In this document: in pieces, positions 41,701 to 56,120 of the stretch
Layout: each line of letters starts with the position of its first letter
Position numbering within the stretch: the stretch's first letter is position 1
Assembly: GCA_965285935.1 (NCBI GenBank)
Contig: OZ260662.1
Location: 78,802,001-78,866,000 of the forward strand
From: Ophelia neglecta
Taxonomy: Eukaryota
Direction of reading: 5' to 3'
Length of the DNA stretch: 64,000 nt
The notes under the pieces: model-generated
The model's input: only the letters and a program-made list of their open reading frames with translations
What the model was told of the DNA's origin: nothing
The model's database searches: none
Made by a program: the position numbers and the translations under genes

Positions 41701-43427
41701 CATATCGCTTTTACACGCATCAGTCTCGCACACAGTTAACGGTGCTGCTAGAAGAACTGGCTTAACATTAGTGAGGCCGTCTTATCATCTAAGCGAATTG
41801 TTGTGCATGCAACTCAAAGCACCGATGAAATGATACACTATAGGCTTAGTACCTGTAGATGAAAAGTGAAAACACTAAAAAGAGGGGTGGGGGTGGGGGG
41901 GGGGTGCATATGGGTATTTTCGTGACCCATCGAATGGCACAACTTATATTATATGAATCCTTATGAACCTTGAAATTATGCTTTTATTAACAGGGAATGG
42001 TTAAGCATGCATGCAATGACTTTCCATGGATTGTGAAATGCAATAATATCTGGTAAATATAATGAAGTTACATCGTGACTTTCGAAAGGAATGTTATCGT
42101 TTCCTGTGAACTTGTCATCAGAACGCTGCATGTATCTGTTCCAAAAAAGCCCCCTTTTTTAAAGAGAATTATGAAAGACCCCCTTTATTTCTCGTACTGC
42201 ATGCGATCAGCGATCATGTAGACCTAATAAATCGAGCTATAATATTATTGACTATAAACGTACTCCAACTTTGTTAGCTAATAAGTATACTATCGAGAGG
42301 CGTACATTTTAACAATAAAAGAAGGCACATCTAATGTATAAATGAAAATGGCAGTCTAGCCGACATCATTTATGTTATGTTGAGCCATAGAACTACAAAG
42401 GAAGACTGTCATGCGGATAAGTAAATGATGAATCTTTAATGACTTGCTGTCCAGGCCATGGAGAGAACTATAAAACGATTTGACAATGACACTTGTGGCC
42501 TACACTTGAGATTAACCCAGCTTCATAAATATATACATGTGGGGCCAAGGGGCTGGCCTTTAATAATTCCAGGGCAGGGGGGATATATGGGGACATTCCG
42601 CTAAAAGTATATGGCTCTTATTTTTGCCCTATAACTCACTAAATATATAGGGCCAATACTTCCAACACTTTGCCAAGGCGCCGTGGCCATTTTGAGTCGA
42701 ATGATCTCATCTATTAATTGATGAAAATGCCAATACTACGTACGGTAGATATGATTTTTTACCTATGCCCTATTATGAAGGCCATACTTTTTTTCAAATG
42801 TAATTATTATAATTAAGGACTTAATGTTCTCCAGGCAAGATTAAAAATAGAGCTTAAGCCTATATCAATGCCACCATAAGAATTGTTGCATATTATGTTC
42901 TTTTGGATGTCACCATGTTTGCATGCCTCCTCGGCAAGAACGCCGATAGCACATCACAATCGCACCGACTCTCACTGTTTTTTCTCTGTTTCTTTCTTGA
43001 TTTAGATGTTATTTGCATTGAAGGCAGGGTGAATCATTGGCCAATAAAAGCACCTCTTTTGGAAATCTGCTTAGGGTTATTTTTGTTGGTGATGAATGTC
43101 TTCCAAGTATCGTTCGATGCACACAATTGCAATTGTCGGTGGAAGATTCCTACCGAGTTCCTGCCTATACCTGTAAGTCGGCCAGTTGTTCAAATAATAG
43201 AAAGGAGGCAAACACTTGGATACGGATATATAACGTCACCGTCAAGAGATGTGCTGTGTGGTAAACGACTCAAGCACTGCGTGCGGATGATAACTCGGGT
43301 TGACCATATTGTATCTCAAGAGATAGGACTTTTGTGCTGAAAATTGATTGTTACGATGGTCATGTATGCATGTCAACGAATGCTGAGGTGTCAGTTTGGC
43401 CACTTTGTATATTCGGCCTTAAACAGA

Positions 43428-44051
43428 GTACATCAAGATGTGTACATCAAGATGTGTACATCAAGATGTGTACATCAAGATGTGTACATCAAGATGTGTA
43501 CATCAAGATGTGTACATCAAGATGTGTACATCAAGATGTTTACATCAAGATGTGTACATCAAGATGTGTACATCAAGATGTGTACATCAAGATGTGTACA
43601 TCAAGATGTGTACATCAAGATGTGTACATCATGATGTGTACATCAATATGTGTACATCAAGATGTGTACATCAAGATATGTACATCAAGATGTGTACATC
43701 AAGTTGTGTACATCAACATGTGTACATCAACATGTGTACATCAACATGTGTACATCAACATGTGTACATCAATATGTGTACATCAACATATGTACATCAA
43801 CATGTGTACATCAACATTGTACATTAACATGTGTACATTAACATGTGTACATCAAGATATGTGTGCATAAACATGTGTACATAAACATGTGTACATCAAC
43901 ATGTGTACATCAACATGTGTACATCAACATGTGTACATCAACATGTGTACATCAACATGTGTACATCAACATGTGTACATCAACATGTGTACATCAACAT
44001 GAACATGTGTACATCAACATGTGTGTACATCAACATGTGTACATCAAGATG
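43428..44051. repeat. 14-bp minisatellite, about 44 copies
   Basis: (TGTACATCAAGATG)n switching to (TGTACATCAACATG)n near 43710. It explains the repetitive ORFs at 43334-44078. Confidence 0.97.
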
Positions 44052-47000
44052 AAGTTTACCATTATATTGTTTGAATAGATGGCTCTTCCTTAGTGTTTAG
44101 ATTGTTTGTCATATGTCGACCTTTCTTCGCTAGTTTGATTCCTTACACAGGAATTTCCGATGTTTAACACATTCGATGGACATTTATGAAGTCTATTATG
44201 TCTGTTCTGAAGGAATCAGAAGAAAACATATTAACTTATTCAAAATAAAGTTAAGATATTTAACAAAATGAATGATATGTTACTGATAACCACAAAGTGG
44301 TAACTTTACGAGGTGAAAACAATTGGCGGCATAATGTATTTTATGCTGTATATATCTATACCTACTAGCCTAGTAAACAACTTTTGATTGCATGCTTTTT
44401 ATTGCATGCTTTCTTCCAGTACTCGATATAATTATGTATGCATCCTGTATTGAGGTAGATTGAGGAGACCACTGTGATGTTTGACCAGGGCTGCAGCAAA
44501 AACAAGAAGTAGATATAAATTTACAGTAATGAGTTTAGTAATGATGTTGCCATAGAAATTAAAGGGAGGACCATAAAACTGCTAACTTATGACAAGGTTG
44601 TCAACATCGTGTTTATGTGTATAGGTTATACAGATAACCATGCGAATGGGAGTATTAGATTTGTTAAAAGCTTTAGAAACTGTTCAAAACAATAACATTG
44701 TTTCATTGAAATTGTTCCTCAAAATGAATGCACTCACTAGAAATAACAAATCGATTTGGGATGCACTAACAAAGTACCCATCATGACTTCTTTACACAAG
44801 CATGAATTTACATACGTGCTTTAAAAAAACTATATTGGAATGGTTTTCGTATCCTTGTGAAAACAAACCAACAAATTTTATCTTTTTAAGACATTAAGGC
44901 AAACAGGATGAGGCAGGACAATGCGAAAAACGAAATCATGCTGAGTTCTGTCATACATAACAGTATGGCATAGAGTATTGAGTAAGTTAATTTCTCTATT
45001 GGGGAAAAACTTCTTTACAAATACAAATCGACGGCTTCAAAGAAACGAGTAATATACATACTCCCCCTTTATCCCTTTCTCGGGTTTAGAATAAATCGTG
45101 AATCAATTGATTTACTCGGCATACTGACCCAAGTTAGTTCGTAGTGTAGATTGGGATTTGCGCCTAAGTCGCGCTGAACTGTCACAGAAGAAATGATCAA
45201 ACGATCTACACTATAGTTTGCACCAATTTGGGAATAATTGAAAATTTGACCGTCCATGTTTGAAGGCATGTAGCTTCTACGAAAACTGATTAGAGGGCAT
45301 TGTTTAGCTTTTAGTACACAGTTGTCAGCCAATAAACGAATGTGTGTGCTCTTCCTGTTAAAGTCGGTGTATCATGAGAACGGAAACAATGCGCAGACGA
45401 CATTCCAACATACAAGCCCGAGCGCAAAGGAGCCTTCAATTATCTTTCTCAATTGGAAGGTGAGAATAAAGCGTGCCCATTATAAACTTTCTTTTACTCA
45501 TATCTTCTCATCTCATACTATGGACATTTAGATTCACGCCAGACTGAAACACATCTGGTTTGGTAAGAATTGGTTCGAAAAGAATTTTACCTCTAATACC
45601 ATATAATAACAAAGATTCTATAAGGCAGACATGTTGAAATGTGATACTTCAGTTATTCCATACATGTATATGATAGCATACATGCACGCGTGTTTTTAAG
45701 TGTGTGGAATATACCGTTTATGTGACAGGCCCATGTTTCTTGCCATACCAATAACGAAGAGGGGTAATACACCTGCATGGCTGCATGATCTTTGAGGGCA
45801 ATTATTATTGGGATACAATATCTTCTTTTGTGGATAGTGCTGCAGCATTTACCTTTTCATGCTTCTGGTCGTCTATGAAGTGTATAGGCCTAGATCTGAA
45901 ACCAGCTTTTACCAGATTAATGGAATGGACGAGAGACTGCCTATACAGCATTCAGTTATCATGTCTGTCTCTGTTATCTGCATGGTTCATTTTTCATTCT
46001 ATTTGTAAGAAACGTGGTTCTTTAGGTTTTTAAAAATAGCCTTCATTTGAAAGCCTTATCACCTTTTCGAAGTTTTTCAAATGTTCATTTTATGTATCAA
46101 TTTTACGAAAAAACATGCACATACCGTATAAATGTAAGATCTGCCAAATAGTTTTTAATGTCACTACTTTCAGTCTGGCGGGAATACGACGGGTTATTAT
46201 ATACAACTAATAATTTTGGTGCAACGTATGGTCCTCCGCAGAGAGACATCGATCTGACCTGAATGGTTTAGATCAACTTTAAGCCAAGACAAGATTGTAG
46301 GGTCTCACTTTTTATACTACTAATATAGTGTTTCCAGTTTTAGCTTGGAAAGACCCCACCGATATAACTTTTCATTACTATAAAGTCTGTTATGATTTAT
46401 TTATTATGATTTAGATGTGAATTCACATCAAAGGCTGGTTTTAACATTTCGTTCGGTCAAGGCTGGCCTCACGATCCATTTAAAATTATATTACTCATTG
46501 TTTGTCATTATAAATTATCAACCATCTCAAAGCTCTGTACGTTCAGTACCATAAAAATACGGGGTTTGCATGGGTTCGAACAGCACAGTTCAAAATTGCC
46601 CCCTGTTTCATCGTCCTTGCGAGTGTCTATAAATAAAATCCATTTGGAAGGTGTGACCTGCAATTCATTAGCAGTAAATGTCAATGTCCAAATGGTGGAA
46701 CAATGGCGATTCAAACTCCAAACCTTTCGGTTTAAAAACAGCACGCTTTGTACTAGGTCTAAAGGGTTGTATCGCGAGCCTTCATTATCAATACGAAAAC
46801 GTTTATCGTCGACCAAGCAATAGGTGTTGTGCCCCAACTGATCAACCAGCAAAAACAAGAGGACTGAATAATATGACCCATTTGATACTGCAAGGGCCTT
46901 TCTAAGTATTAACAAGCTATCAAGGAAAATGGCAGTGACTGCAAGTTTTACAAGTAACGTTACATATTGTAACTACCAAGTTGAAATTCTTGATTAAGAA

Positions 47001-48142
47001 GTATATAATTGCATTTTGAGAACTCATTGACGCATAAAATTATGCCATACAACCATACATTGATGACTATGACCCTAGTGTCTTTAGATAGAAATCTTCT
47101 GTTGAAACAAAGCCAGATCCACTATAATGTCATTCGGCTGAAATGATCAACTTCCACATAATATAGTCTTGGTCGGTGTCCTGGCGTGTTGCTTGTTACC
47201 TCCAATAAAGTTATCTTAAGGGGAATCCTTTAACTGAAGGTGAAAATTGTTTCATTTTACCTACAATGTAGCAATCATGACTTTTGATTTTCTAAATAAC
47301 AAATCTGATTAGGGCTTAAATGCAAAATACAATTTAATTTGCTGTCTAAATAAACTTTGACAAATTATTGACAGCTTGCTCTGGGACGAAACCCCTCAGG
47401 TCAACACCATTATCTGTCTTTTATATGTGACAATGGGTCTTGAATAACAAGATAACAGAGAAATCAAGAATAAACCTTGAGAATAAACGTAGAGAATCTG
47501 ACACCTTTAGTAGTCAACTCTATGACTGACACCTCCTTTTCATCACAGATTTAGGCAGGTTATCACCACGAACAGTACACAGTCCATTCCTTTATTTATG
47601 TTCGTCTGCCCGCTGAATGGCGGTTGCGCGGTAGGTATTTCACGGGAGTAATTGATTTGATGGTCTCTGCATCTAGAGGACAAGGTGAAGTAGCGTTGAG
47701 CAGTTAGCAGTTAGAGATTTATAAATACTTATCGGATCGGACCGTAATTCTCATCAAAATAGGGAATTACCTAATGTACTTTTAAAGTGAATTAAAAGGC
47801 TTAAGAGAGGATAGTGCTTACTATATTTTTAACAGCCTTCCTAAACAGCGGCTAAAACCGATAGGTATAATGTGTATTCGTCGGGCATAAGCGTAGGTGA
47901 AGTTTTTGTCGGAAATTTCAAGCGATTTTTGCGCTGTGTGCGGAGACTTCGAACTGACATTTTAAAAAGATTGGACAAGTAACTTACATCCAATTATCTT
48001 GGTGTAATTTTGTTTTAAATGAACATGCCATGATTGTCTATCTTCTAATGAGGAAGCACTTATGATTAGAGCTGTGAACGCCCGCAACAATTCATATCTA
48101 TATATTTATAGGCATATAGATCTATCAATTCGCCTTACACCA

Positions 48143-48214
48143 GCCATTTGCAATTGGGGGGGGGGAGCCATTTGCAATTGGGGGGGAGCCATTTGCAATT
48201 GGGGGGGGGGGGGG
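48143..48214. repeat. Triplicated GCCATTTGCAATT-poly(G) unit
   Basis: Three tandem copies with G-runs of different length. Confidence 0.85.
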
Positions 48215-51200
48215 AATACTGAACTTTTTTCGCAACGCCTCAGTGTCTATTTGAATAGGAGACGTTACCTCAGAATGTCCTAAAGATGCATGTAACGAAG
48301 GGTTACGGTGGCCTTGTATATAATAGCCCATACGACATGCTTTACTTTAGGCTTATCCTGCATGTGCTGCAGCGGTTGGTTTATCCTGAAGAAGTGCCAT
48401 TGGATAGCCCTAAATGGTAAACTAACAACGTTTCATTTGTGTTTTGCGATTCAACTATGCCTTCATTCAGATCCTTATTATCCTTATTTCACTGTCAACG
48501 ACTAGGTACTGTTTAATTTTTAATCAATTTCCGCTCTGGGCCTTGTTCTCTGAACAGAGGCTCTCGGTCCATCAGGAGGACTTAACTTTTGTTAGATTGC
48601 TATCGCCAAGCAGTTAGAACATGCTCAGCAGAATATTACCATGTATCAGTCAAAGTCACACTGCGACGTTAGCTAATTTAGCCGTGATCTTTTTGTGTTT
48701 GAGTGTGAGTCTTTTAATCAGGAGCTCACCGGACTAGCTTGGACGTCATCTGGTCAGTGGAGCCTTTGTTAATTTTCACACAGAATTCATCGTTTAACGT
48801 GCCGACGGTGAAACAATACCATTGTGAACAGGCGCTGATAGTTAAGTTGATATAGGCAACCCGCGGCAGGTTATATATTCAACCGAATGATCAAAAGTAG
48901 GTCTACAGTAATTTCGATATTATATCTTTGTTTGTTTATTAACATGGGGCATGTTGACTGTCTCCGCATGAAACTTCACATAGCCCTGGCTTAGGCCAGT
49001 AGGGTGGCCTTAGGTCTATGCATACCACGGACTCTTTTAGTTGCTTTGAAATATTAACCAGACAGCCTTGCTTGAAAGATGAAAAACACTCAAATTCTGG
49101 TATAAATAATACCTAAACAGGCATAGCTGGATTAGAGAATGCATTGTTGCCAAACCAGCTGGGAAAAGGAAAAGGTTTACACTCTTCATGAATGGGGAAA
49201 TGGAAGTTTCCAGTCAGTTATCAGTCAGTCTATTGTATTAATATTAATTTTAACTTCTGAACAAGAAATCATTTGCCTTATAGCCTAGTTGCCCGATATC
49301 AACTACATCTTTAATCATAGAAAAGGCTTCGTTCTGCGTGCCCGTGTTTAATAGGCGACACTATATACGAGCAATAATAAAACTAATCGATCGATATCCC
49401 CACAGACAATTCTTCACACAATCTACAACCATTTTGAAACTCCCATAAATTCAACTTTCATTTTTTTAATAAATTTACAAAGCTTAATTGCAGAACAGAA
49501 GCAGTTCAAGCACTCGGTTAGCGGAAATGACTTTTACACAGAGGCAAATCACTAGAGTGGCAAAGTTTGATTTGGTAATTTGATTAGCATTTCTATGAAT
49601 GTTACACGGGTCGGATTTGATTGTGTCAGACGAGATACCTGGCATCTCGAGTGGGACTCTCGTGAGAAAGTTCACCGATCCGTGTCTGAAGTGAGCCTCT
49701 TGTCTCGGGTCAGTGATGTCAATCAATGGAGCACCCCCAAACAATCACCTGTCCCCACTGTCACTGCCTCGGCAATTAAACTGCGATGACAACCCTGAAA
49801 AGATTAATTTTTACGCTCCGCAAAACGTTGTTTTTAATAGTTGATGGATGAACCTTTCTGATAGGTGACATACGCTAGGCTGAGGCAGAGGAAATAAATC
49901 TCGTGTCACTTTCTCTGCACGAGTGTCTCGTCAGCTCCGCCGGCACTCGTATACATGGTAGAAGTCTTTAAGGATTGTTAAAATACTACAACGAATAAAG
50001 CTGATAAATAACATTAGCTTTTTATTGAAGTTTTCTGCACACATAGGCCTATAGCACCTTAGTTGCTTATCAATAGGACAAGGGGTAATTTGAAAATGAG
50101 AGATGATAAATTCAACAGTGTATTATAGATCTATCTGTTGAGTACGACAGTATCATGTCCGTGTGGAATTAAGGAACCCTAGAGTCCCCTGGAACCATTG
50201 TCCCCCGTATTATGGTTTCTACATATTAATACCTGTCCTTGGGACAACAATACCAACTAGTTAAAATGTCTCCACGGAAATATAATTTCTCTTTAGCCTA
50301 ATGGAAGCAAAGTAATGCTGAGTGTGTCTATACTATATGTTGTTAAGTCCCAATGACAAAACACTGACGCAGTCGACTCAATCTGGGAGATTTTACATGT
50401 TGTATCAAGCCATGCATGCCCCCTTCACATACCTGCATGTGTATTATAAATTGATTAGCACCGAATGGATCTGTTTCCAAGAAGTCCACACTCTAACGAA
50501 AAATTCCATGAAGTAGTATCTCGGTCTTCTCAATAAACAACTGAATGCTATATTAATTTGAATAATCATAGTCCTCACATTACCAAAATCTCACTATCTG
50601 CGAAAAGAGAAACTGTAGCAAAAATAAAGGACTAGACTCTAAAACAAAAAAAATGTCATAAGAACTTCAAAAGTCAACTTTCCATCATATATTTTGTAGC
50701 TCAAATTTAAATGTCAGATTTGATATAAAAACAACGTTAATCTGTGGACAATTCCAACCTCAAGAAGCCTAGATATAAGAAGCTGGCCTTTTGAAACATT
50801 TTGACGATGCATGTATATGCCTATAGAAGCTTATAAAATTCGGATGAGTACCCCTTTTTATCTTAAAGGTCTAAGGGAACAACGTATATTTTGTGTGTCC
50901 AAAGTTTTAAACACTGCTATTTTCATTCTTCTGTAATACCACTAACATCGTCTTACATTCAAATATTTAGTTTTTATAAGATTACTCATAGTTTTGAAAC
51001 AAAACCACCCTGTGTAGGGAGATAGTTTGCCATATTGATTGCCAAGTCAATTTTTTATATTTGCTCATTTTTCGGATATAAGGCAGTCAGTTATAGATGT
51101 GGACATTTATCTCCTTTTAGAGCGCTTATTAATGGGTAGAATAGAAGTGATCCTCTTTTATTTTGCCAGCAATCGAGTAAAGGGACTCGCCAGCGATTCG

Positions 51201-52975
51201 TTTGTTATCACATTGAAAACCTATGTTATACTACATCCCGAACATACTTTATAATGACTATATAAAGCTGCATTGCATCATAAAATTGATATAGTATCCT
51301 AGCTGTATGACATGTTTCGAAGCAACAATTACACTCTTGGCCAGAAATGGAAGATCGCTACCTTTCACAGTCTTGCACCGTGTCTGGCCAGCCAAATCGC
51401 ATTATTTCTGGCAAAATGCGTCGGAAAACGAGAGATTCCGTGTTTCGTGTTCGTTAAGGAACTTTTAGGCAATGGCCAGGCCAAGCAGTTGGCACCAAAA
51501 TTTAAATATCTCGAGAGATAACACTTGGTATTTTTCTTTTACTGGAGAACCCGTCTGATCATCTGCCGAGTTTTGGAGCCAGCAATATTATGAAGGTATG
51601 GTCGGCTTTAAGGAGTGGTATTTTGCGTGAGAAAGCTGCTTGCCCCATCCCGAGAGACACCACAGATCTATAAACATAGCGGGTAAAACCGTCAATCCCT
51701 TTTGCCAAAAGTCCGTGCGGAATCAGGAATGATCTCTACCTTTGTTTACAACACTAGAAACTTTAATAAAATCTACCACTCAATCAAGCCGAATTTCCCC
51801 AGTCGCTCTCGTGCGAAGATAGTCGATAGAAACTTAAGTAAATTAATTGATTCGTTTATGCCAAGAAAGGGTGGAATTGGGACAACACTTGTACCTGTGG
51901 GACAGTGCTCGGCACGAATAGCTGGCTAAATGGACTAGTTGGGTACAAATTAATCCTATCTAAGTGATGTCATTCATCTCATGAAGTATCACCCGACATC
52001 GCCTATCAGGCGATTCAATCCATTTTCCCCATATGTTGAGCCGAGAAGCACTCTGTTGGGCCGAGGATCACGCGATGGAACCCATCCTTGCACGAACCAG
52101 TCTGGTGGTTTGCTTTACGTTATAAGAGGCAAAAGGGTCCACATTAGGAAGCATAAGGCTCATTTGTATAATGTGGTTTTAAAACATCCCTTTATGAAAC
52201 AAAAAAAGAAACAAAACATTCTGTTCTGGACATTGCAGGACGCCTTTTATTGAATTAAGTTGGTTTATTTCTCCAATAAATTTCCTTACATATAGGCGTA
52301 GTCACTAAAACTCTTCTAATGCACCACTTAATAAATTACTTCAATATACGTAATAATGCCTCTTTTTTGCCTGTTTTTCTGTGCCAATCATCCTCCTAGG
52401 CCAGAGCGGCAAGATCTATTATAAGTTTACATGAATTTCGATTTAAATTTTGAACCGAGAAGAAAAAATCAAGGCATCAAATAAACAGGCCTATTAGGTA
52501 TGACTTAAATATGACGATCTAAACTCTTGTTTGATTTCCTTAATCCAGAAAAAAAGGATGTTTTATTGCAATTTAACAAATTTAGTCAAAGAAAGTATCC
52601 AAATACTCACTTAAGGACAGTTTCACGTCTTGAGCCGTATTAAACAGAATAAAACATCGTTCAGTGCAATTAAACTAAAAAAAAAACCTTAAAGATTCTC
52701 ATATTTATTCCAATTAATATCATCAGTTGCCGATACTCTGCGAAATACTAATGATGTTGTGTGATACATGACAAAATGAGAATGTATGCCTACGTATGTT
52801 TTCTCTTTTCCGTACCTACGAGAAAAAAGAATAAACCATCTATGCTAAAACAATCCACATTCTACTTATTAAACCATAGGTATGTATGTATTCTCTATAT
52901 TTATGATTAAACCATGTCTCGGAAAAGCCAAGAGCTGCAAAATTAGTATTAATGCTCTCAAGGTCAATTTTCAAG

Positions 52976-53444
52976 GGTGTCTGGACGTTTCGAGCGGGCG
53001 CCAGTTCGAGCGGTGGCTATGTTGGTCGTTTCGAGCGGGCGCCAGGCCGAGCGGTGGCTATACTGGTCGTTTCGAGCGGGGCCATCACACGTTTCGAGCG
53101 GGGCCAGTTCTAGTTGGTTATGATATTAAACAGTTCCAGTTATATGGGATATACTGTACACACGACTTTTCGAGCGGCGCGATTGCACTTTTCGATCGCG
53201 ACGTCGGCTGATCGTATAGGCCTATATACATGGCGGACATGACTGCTAGTCAAGAGACGACCTGAATATTAAGTGAATAGCAAAACATAATACAGTAATG
53301 TAGCTACATTATCAAGATTTATTGACTAACACCTATAAAACGCCCGCTCGAAAAGCCCCCGCTCGAAAAGTCCCCCGCTCGAAACGACCCCCGCTCGAAA
53401 CGACCCCCGCTCGAACTGGCGCCCGCTCGAAACGACCCGGGACC
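52976..53444. mobile_element. Non-autonomous DNA transposon with subterminal repeats and an 8-bp TSD (Merlin/Mutator-like GG termini)
   Basis: Long imperfect TIRs share CGTTTCGAGCGGGCGCCAGTTCGAGCGG. Multiple TCGAGCGG copies on the left are mirrored by CCGCTCGA on the right. Flanks are TTTTCAAG (52968-75) and TTGTCAAG (53445-52). Confidence 0.85.
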
Positions 53445-54772
53445 TTGTCAAGTGGGAAAGGCTACACGGAATACTGTTTGAGTGGACCACCGAGAAGAGC
53501 CTTCAGCATCTTCGATTATCTACCGTTAAATTATTTTGTTTAATAAATCCTCCATGTAATATTCACAAGTATCTTGGCTGCCTTACTAAGATAACTATGA
53601 AATTGATTATACAGAAGTGTGCCATTTAACTCAAATGGATTAAACATTTTATCATGTAAATCAGCCAGAGTTAAATTAGTCTGCTTGAGGTATTCCTTTA
53701 TAGATGCTTACAAGTCCTATTCCTCCTCGTGGTGATTTAGAGGTAATAATTCTGCCAAACAGGGGGGACAAATCCAATCATTGGAATAAATAGACATAAA
53801 TGGTGTCACACTACCTATATGTACCTGTTCCAGGCAATTTAAATGAATATCATGTCCACAAGAAGTACAATGAACATGGTTGACGAATGATGTCACACCA
53901 GTCGAGTAGAGATTCTACAATTATTCACTTGTAATGGAGAAAGTGCACATGGTGTGGTAAGCTAGAACACTCTAATTCACAAACATGGTCACAAAGAAAA
54001 TATAGGAATATACACGTTTCCTAAACTCATATACTGGACGTAGGACTACGAGCTAAACATGAGACATTTTGATACATTTGATATCAGGTTTGCTACTAAT
54101 TTAGGTTTAATTTTTGGTTATATTTAAGATTAGATCTTAAACAAGGGAGAGCGCCCGTGTGTTCTTTGCCGCACAGGTGTTGACACTCCTCCTGTGCAGA
54201 CGATCGCGTGCTTCCTTACCTGGCCACCGGTTAATTAAATGAGTTAGAACCATCAACAGGGGAATAAATTTCTTTGGACTTTTATAATTACACCTCATCC
54301 AGACAGGCGTAATGAGCGCAACTGTTGGCGATTTAGAAAATGAGGGTTTACAAATTCAAGCGTGCTCATCTTTGATGAGGAGATTTTTCCTGATTAAGGT
54401 GAGGTGGAAGCAGATCGCAGATTGCGCGCATACACGACATGAACTCATCAATCTAGTGTGACGGGAGACATTATAACCGGCGCACATTTACTGCAGCCAT
54501 GGAAGAATCTATAGGTAAATAAACTTAAATTCCAACGATCATCGGTTTGCATTATTCATTAACACTTCGAGATATGGAGGGTTCGGTCAAAGAAGCCCGT
54601 GTATGTCCAGAACAACGCGGTGTAAAATAGAAATAATATAAAAGAGTTTTAGGAGAGTTTTAGGGTTCAATGATGTGTCCGCCGTCTGCAAACAGTGGAA
54701 CAAAACCAACCGGGCAATAAAGGCCAGATATACACAATTTTAAAGACTTTTGTTACGTCCCCCTGTATTCAT

Positions 54773-55253
54773 GCAGTAGATTTGGGTGCACGAATGATGG
54801 TAGTAGATTTGCATACCGTCTCACGTGGTACAAAACCACTGGTATTGTCTTGATAAACTATAGGCCTAACGGTTTAAGGTAAAAAATAGTAGGACGCCGT
54901 AATTGGCAGTTTAGACCTCAATATAGACTTATTGAAATAGTTTAGGTACATGTATAACTGAATCGCCGGGCAAAGAGACAGATTCGTAGTGGAGAATCGC
55001 AGAGTAAAATAAATTCTTAGATCCGATTTGCCGAGCGCGATAGCACAGATCGAGGACATTTTTATATGAACCTATCTGTTTACCAGGCCAATCTGGTCCT
55101 AAATATATTGTGATATATATACCTTCGCCAATATGGGCTTTAGGTACATTAGAAAATACCAGTAGATTCGGCATTCAGCCGAAGAGACAGCTTACGAATT
55201 GACTGCCCTCAGTAGATTCATGCTTCCGAATCTACTGCTTTTGCAAAGGTGTG
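54773..55253. mobile_element. Degenerate DNA-transposon remnant with AGTAGATT subterminal motifs
   Basis: AGTAGATT occurs at 54775, 54802, 55161, 55211 and inverted at 55229. The right end reads CACACCTTTGCAAAA on the minus strand (CACTA/EnSpm-like terminus). No matching left end was found. Confidence 0.35.
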
Positions 55254-55915
55254 ACTTCACAAAATTAATTGTATTGTAATTAGGCATGTAGCTGCACTAC
55301 TTTGTGCATGTGCACCTCGAAGACGTCTTTTTTGCCCTGTTGGGCCGGGGGCCCAGGTACCCGGAGAGTAAAACTATTATCCTCGAGCTATTATCTCTAG
55401 TACAGTCCGTATTGTCAACTGCCGACCTGGCTGCTGTGGCGAGTGCTATACTCAAGCCAACAACATCTATAACTACAAATACACACAAAAAAATAGTAGG
55501 CGCAAGGACACGAGGTATTCTATGGTAGCACTTAGTCTACAGTTAAGCGCACTTTTAAAAAGCTAGAGACAAAAAGAGAAGAATTAATGCATGAAGCTCT
55601 GCAAGCCCAAGCAGGTGACGAGTAGGGTGCCGATTTGTTCCAGGGAAATTAGTTTGATGTTCTGGCAAGCCTAGAACATGGAGGCAACTGCAAAGAAAAG
55701 TAGAAAAATGTGATAAACATATATATAGGTTTAAGAAAATTAAGCTTTAATTAATCAAATCAACAGCAGGACTTTGAATGGAGACATTAACCCAAGTTGA
55801 TTTTATCATTCTCTATATAGGCCTATATGACCCGGGGCCCATGGAAGAAAACCAAACCAAAGGGACCCAACAAAAGCAAAACATTCCCCTATTCTATAAA
55901 AGATAGACCTTCAGG

Positions 55916-56120
55916 TTGTTGTTGTTGTTTGGGGTTTTACGTGGCTTTCAACACTTATCGGTCATATCGCCACAGTGCCTACTTGTGACAGTGGGCTCAA
56001 TGCCCTCTTTAGAGTGCTGCCTCACTGGAGTACCTGCCGTAGACACCAGACAGGGAACCCCACCCAGTCACACTATACTGACACCGGGTTGACCAGTCCT
56101 GATACTACCCCCGAAAAGCT
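55916..56120 (-). mobile_element. 5'-truncated SINE (Meta/MESC-domain-like) with (AAC)n tail
   Basis: 14-bp TSD GATAGACCTTCAGG (55902-15) / GATAGACCTTTAGG (56121-34). (GTT)n tail at the left. The core GGACTGGTCAACCCGGTGTCAGTATAGTGTGACTGGGTGGGG resembles invertebrate Meta-domain SINEs (from recall). Confidence 0.8.

Noticed and set aside
43334-44078. Cys/His-rich repetitive ORFs (MCTSRCVHQDVYIK)n
   Set aside because: Artefact of a stop-free 14-bp tandem repeat read in all three frames.
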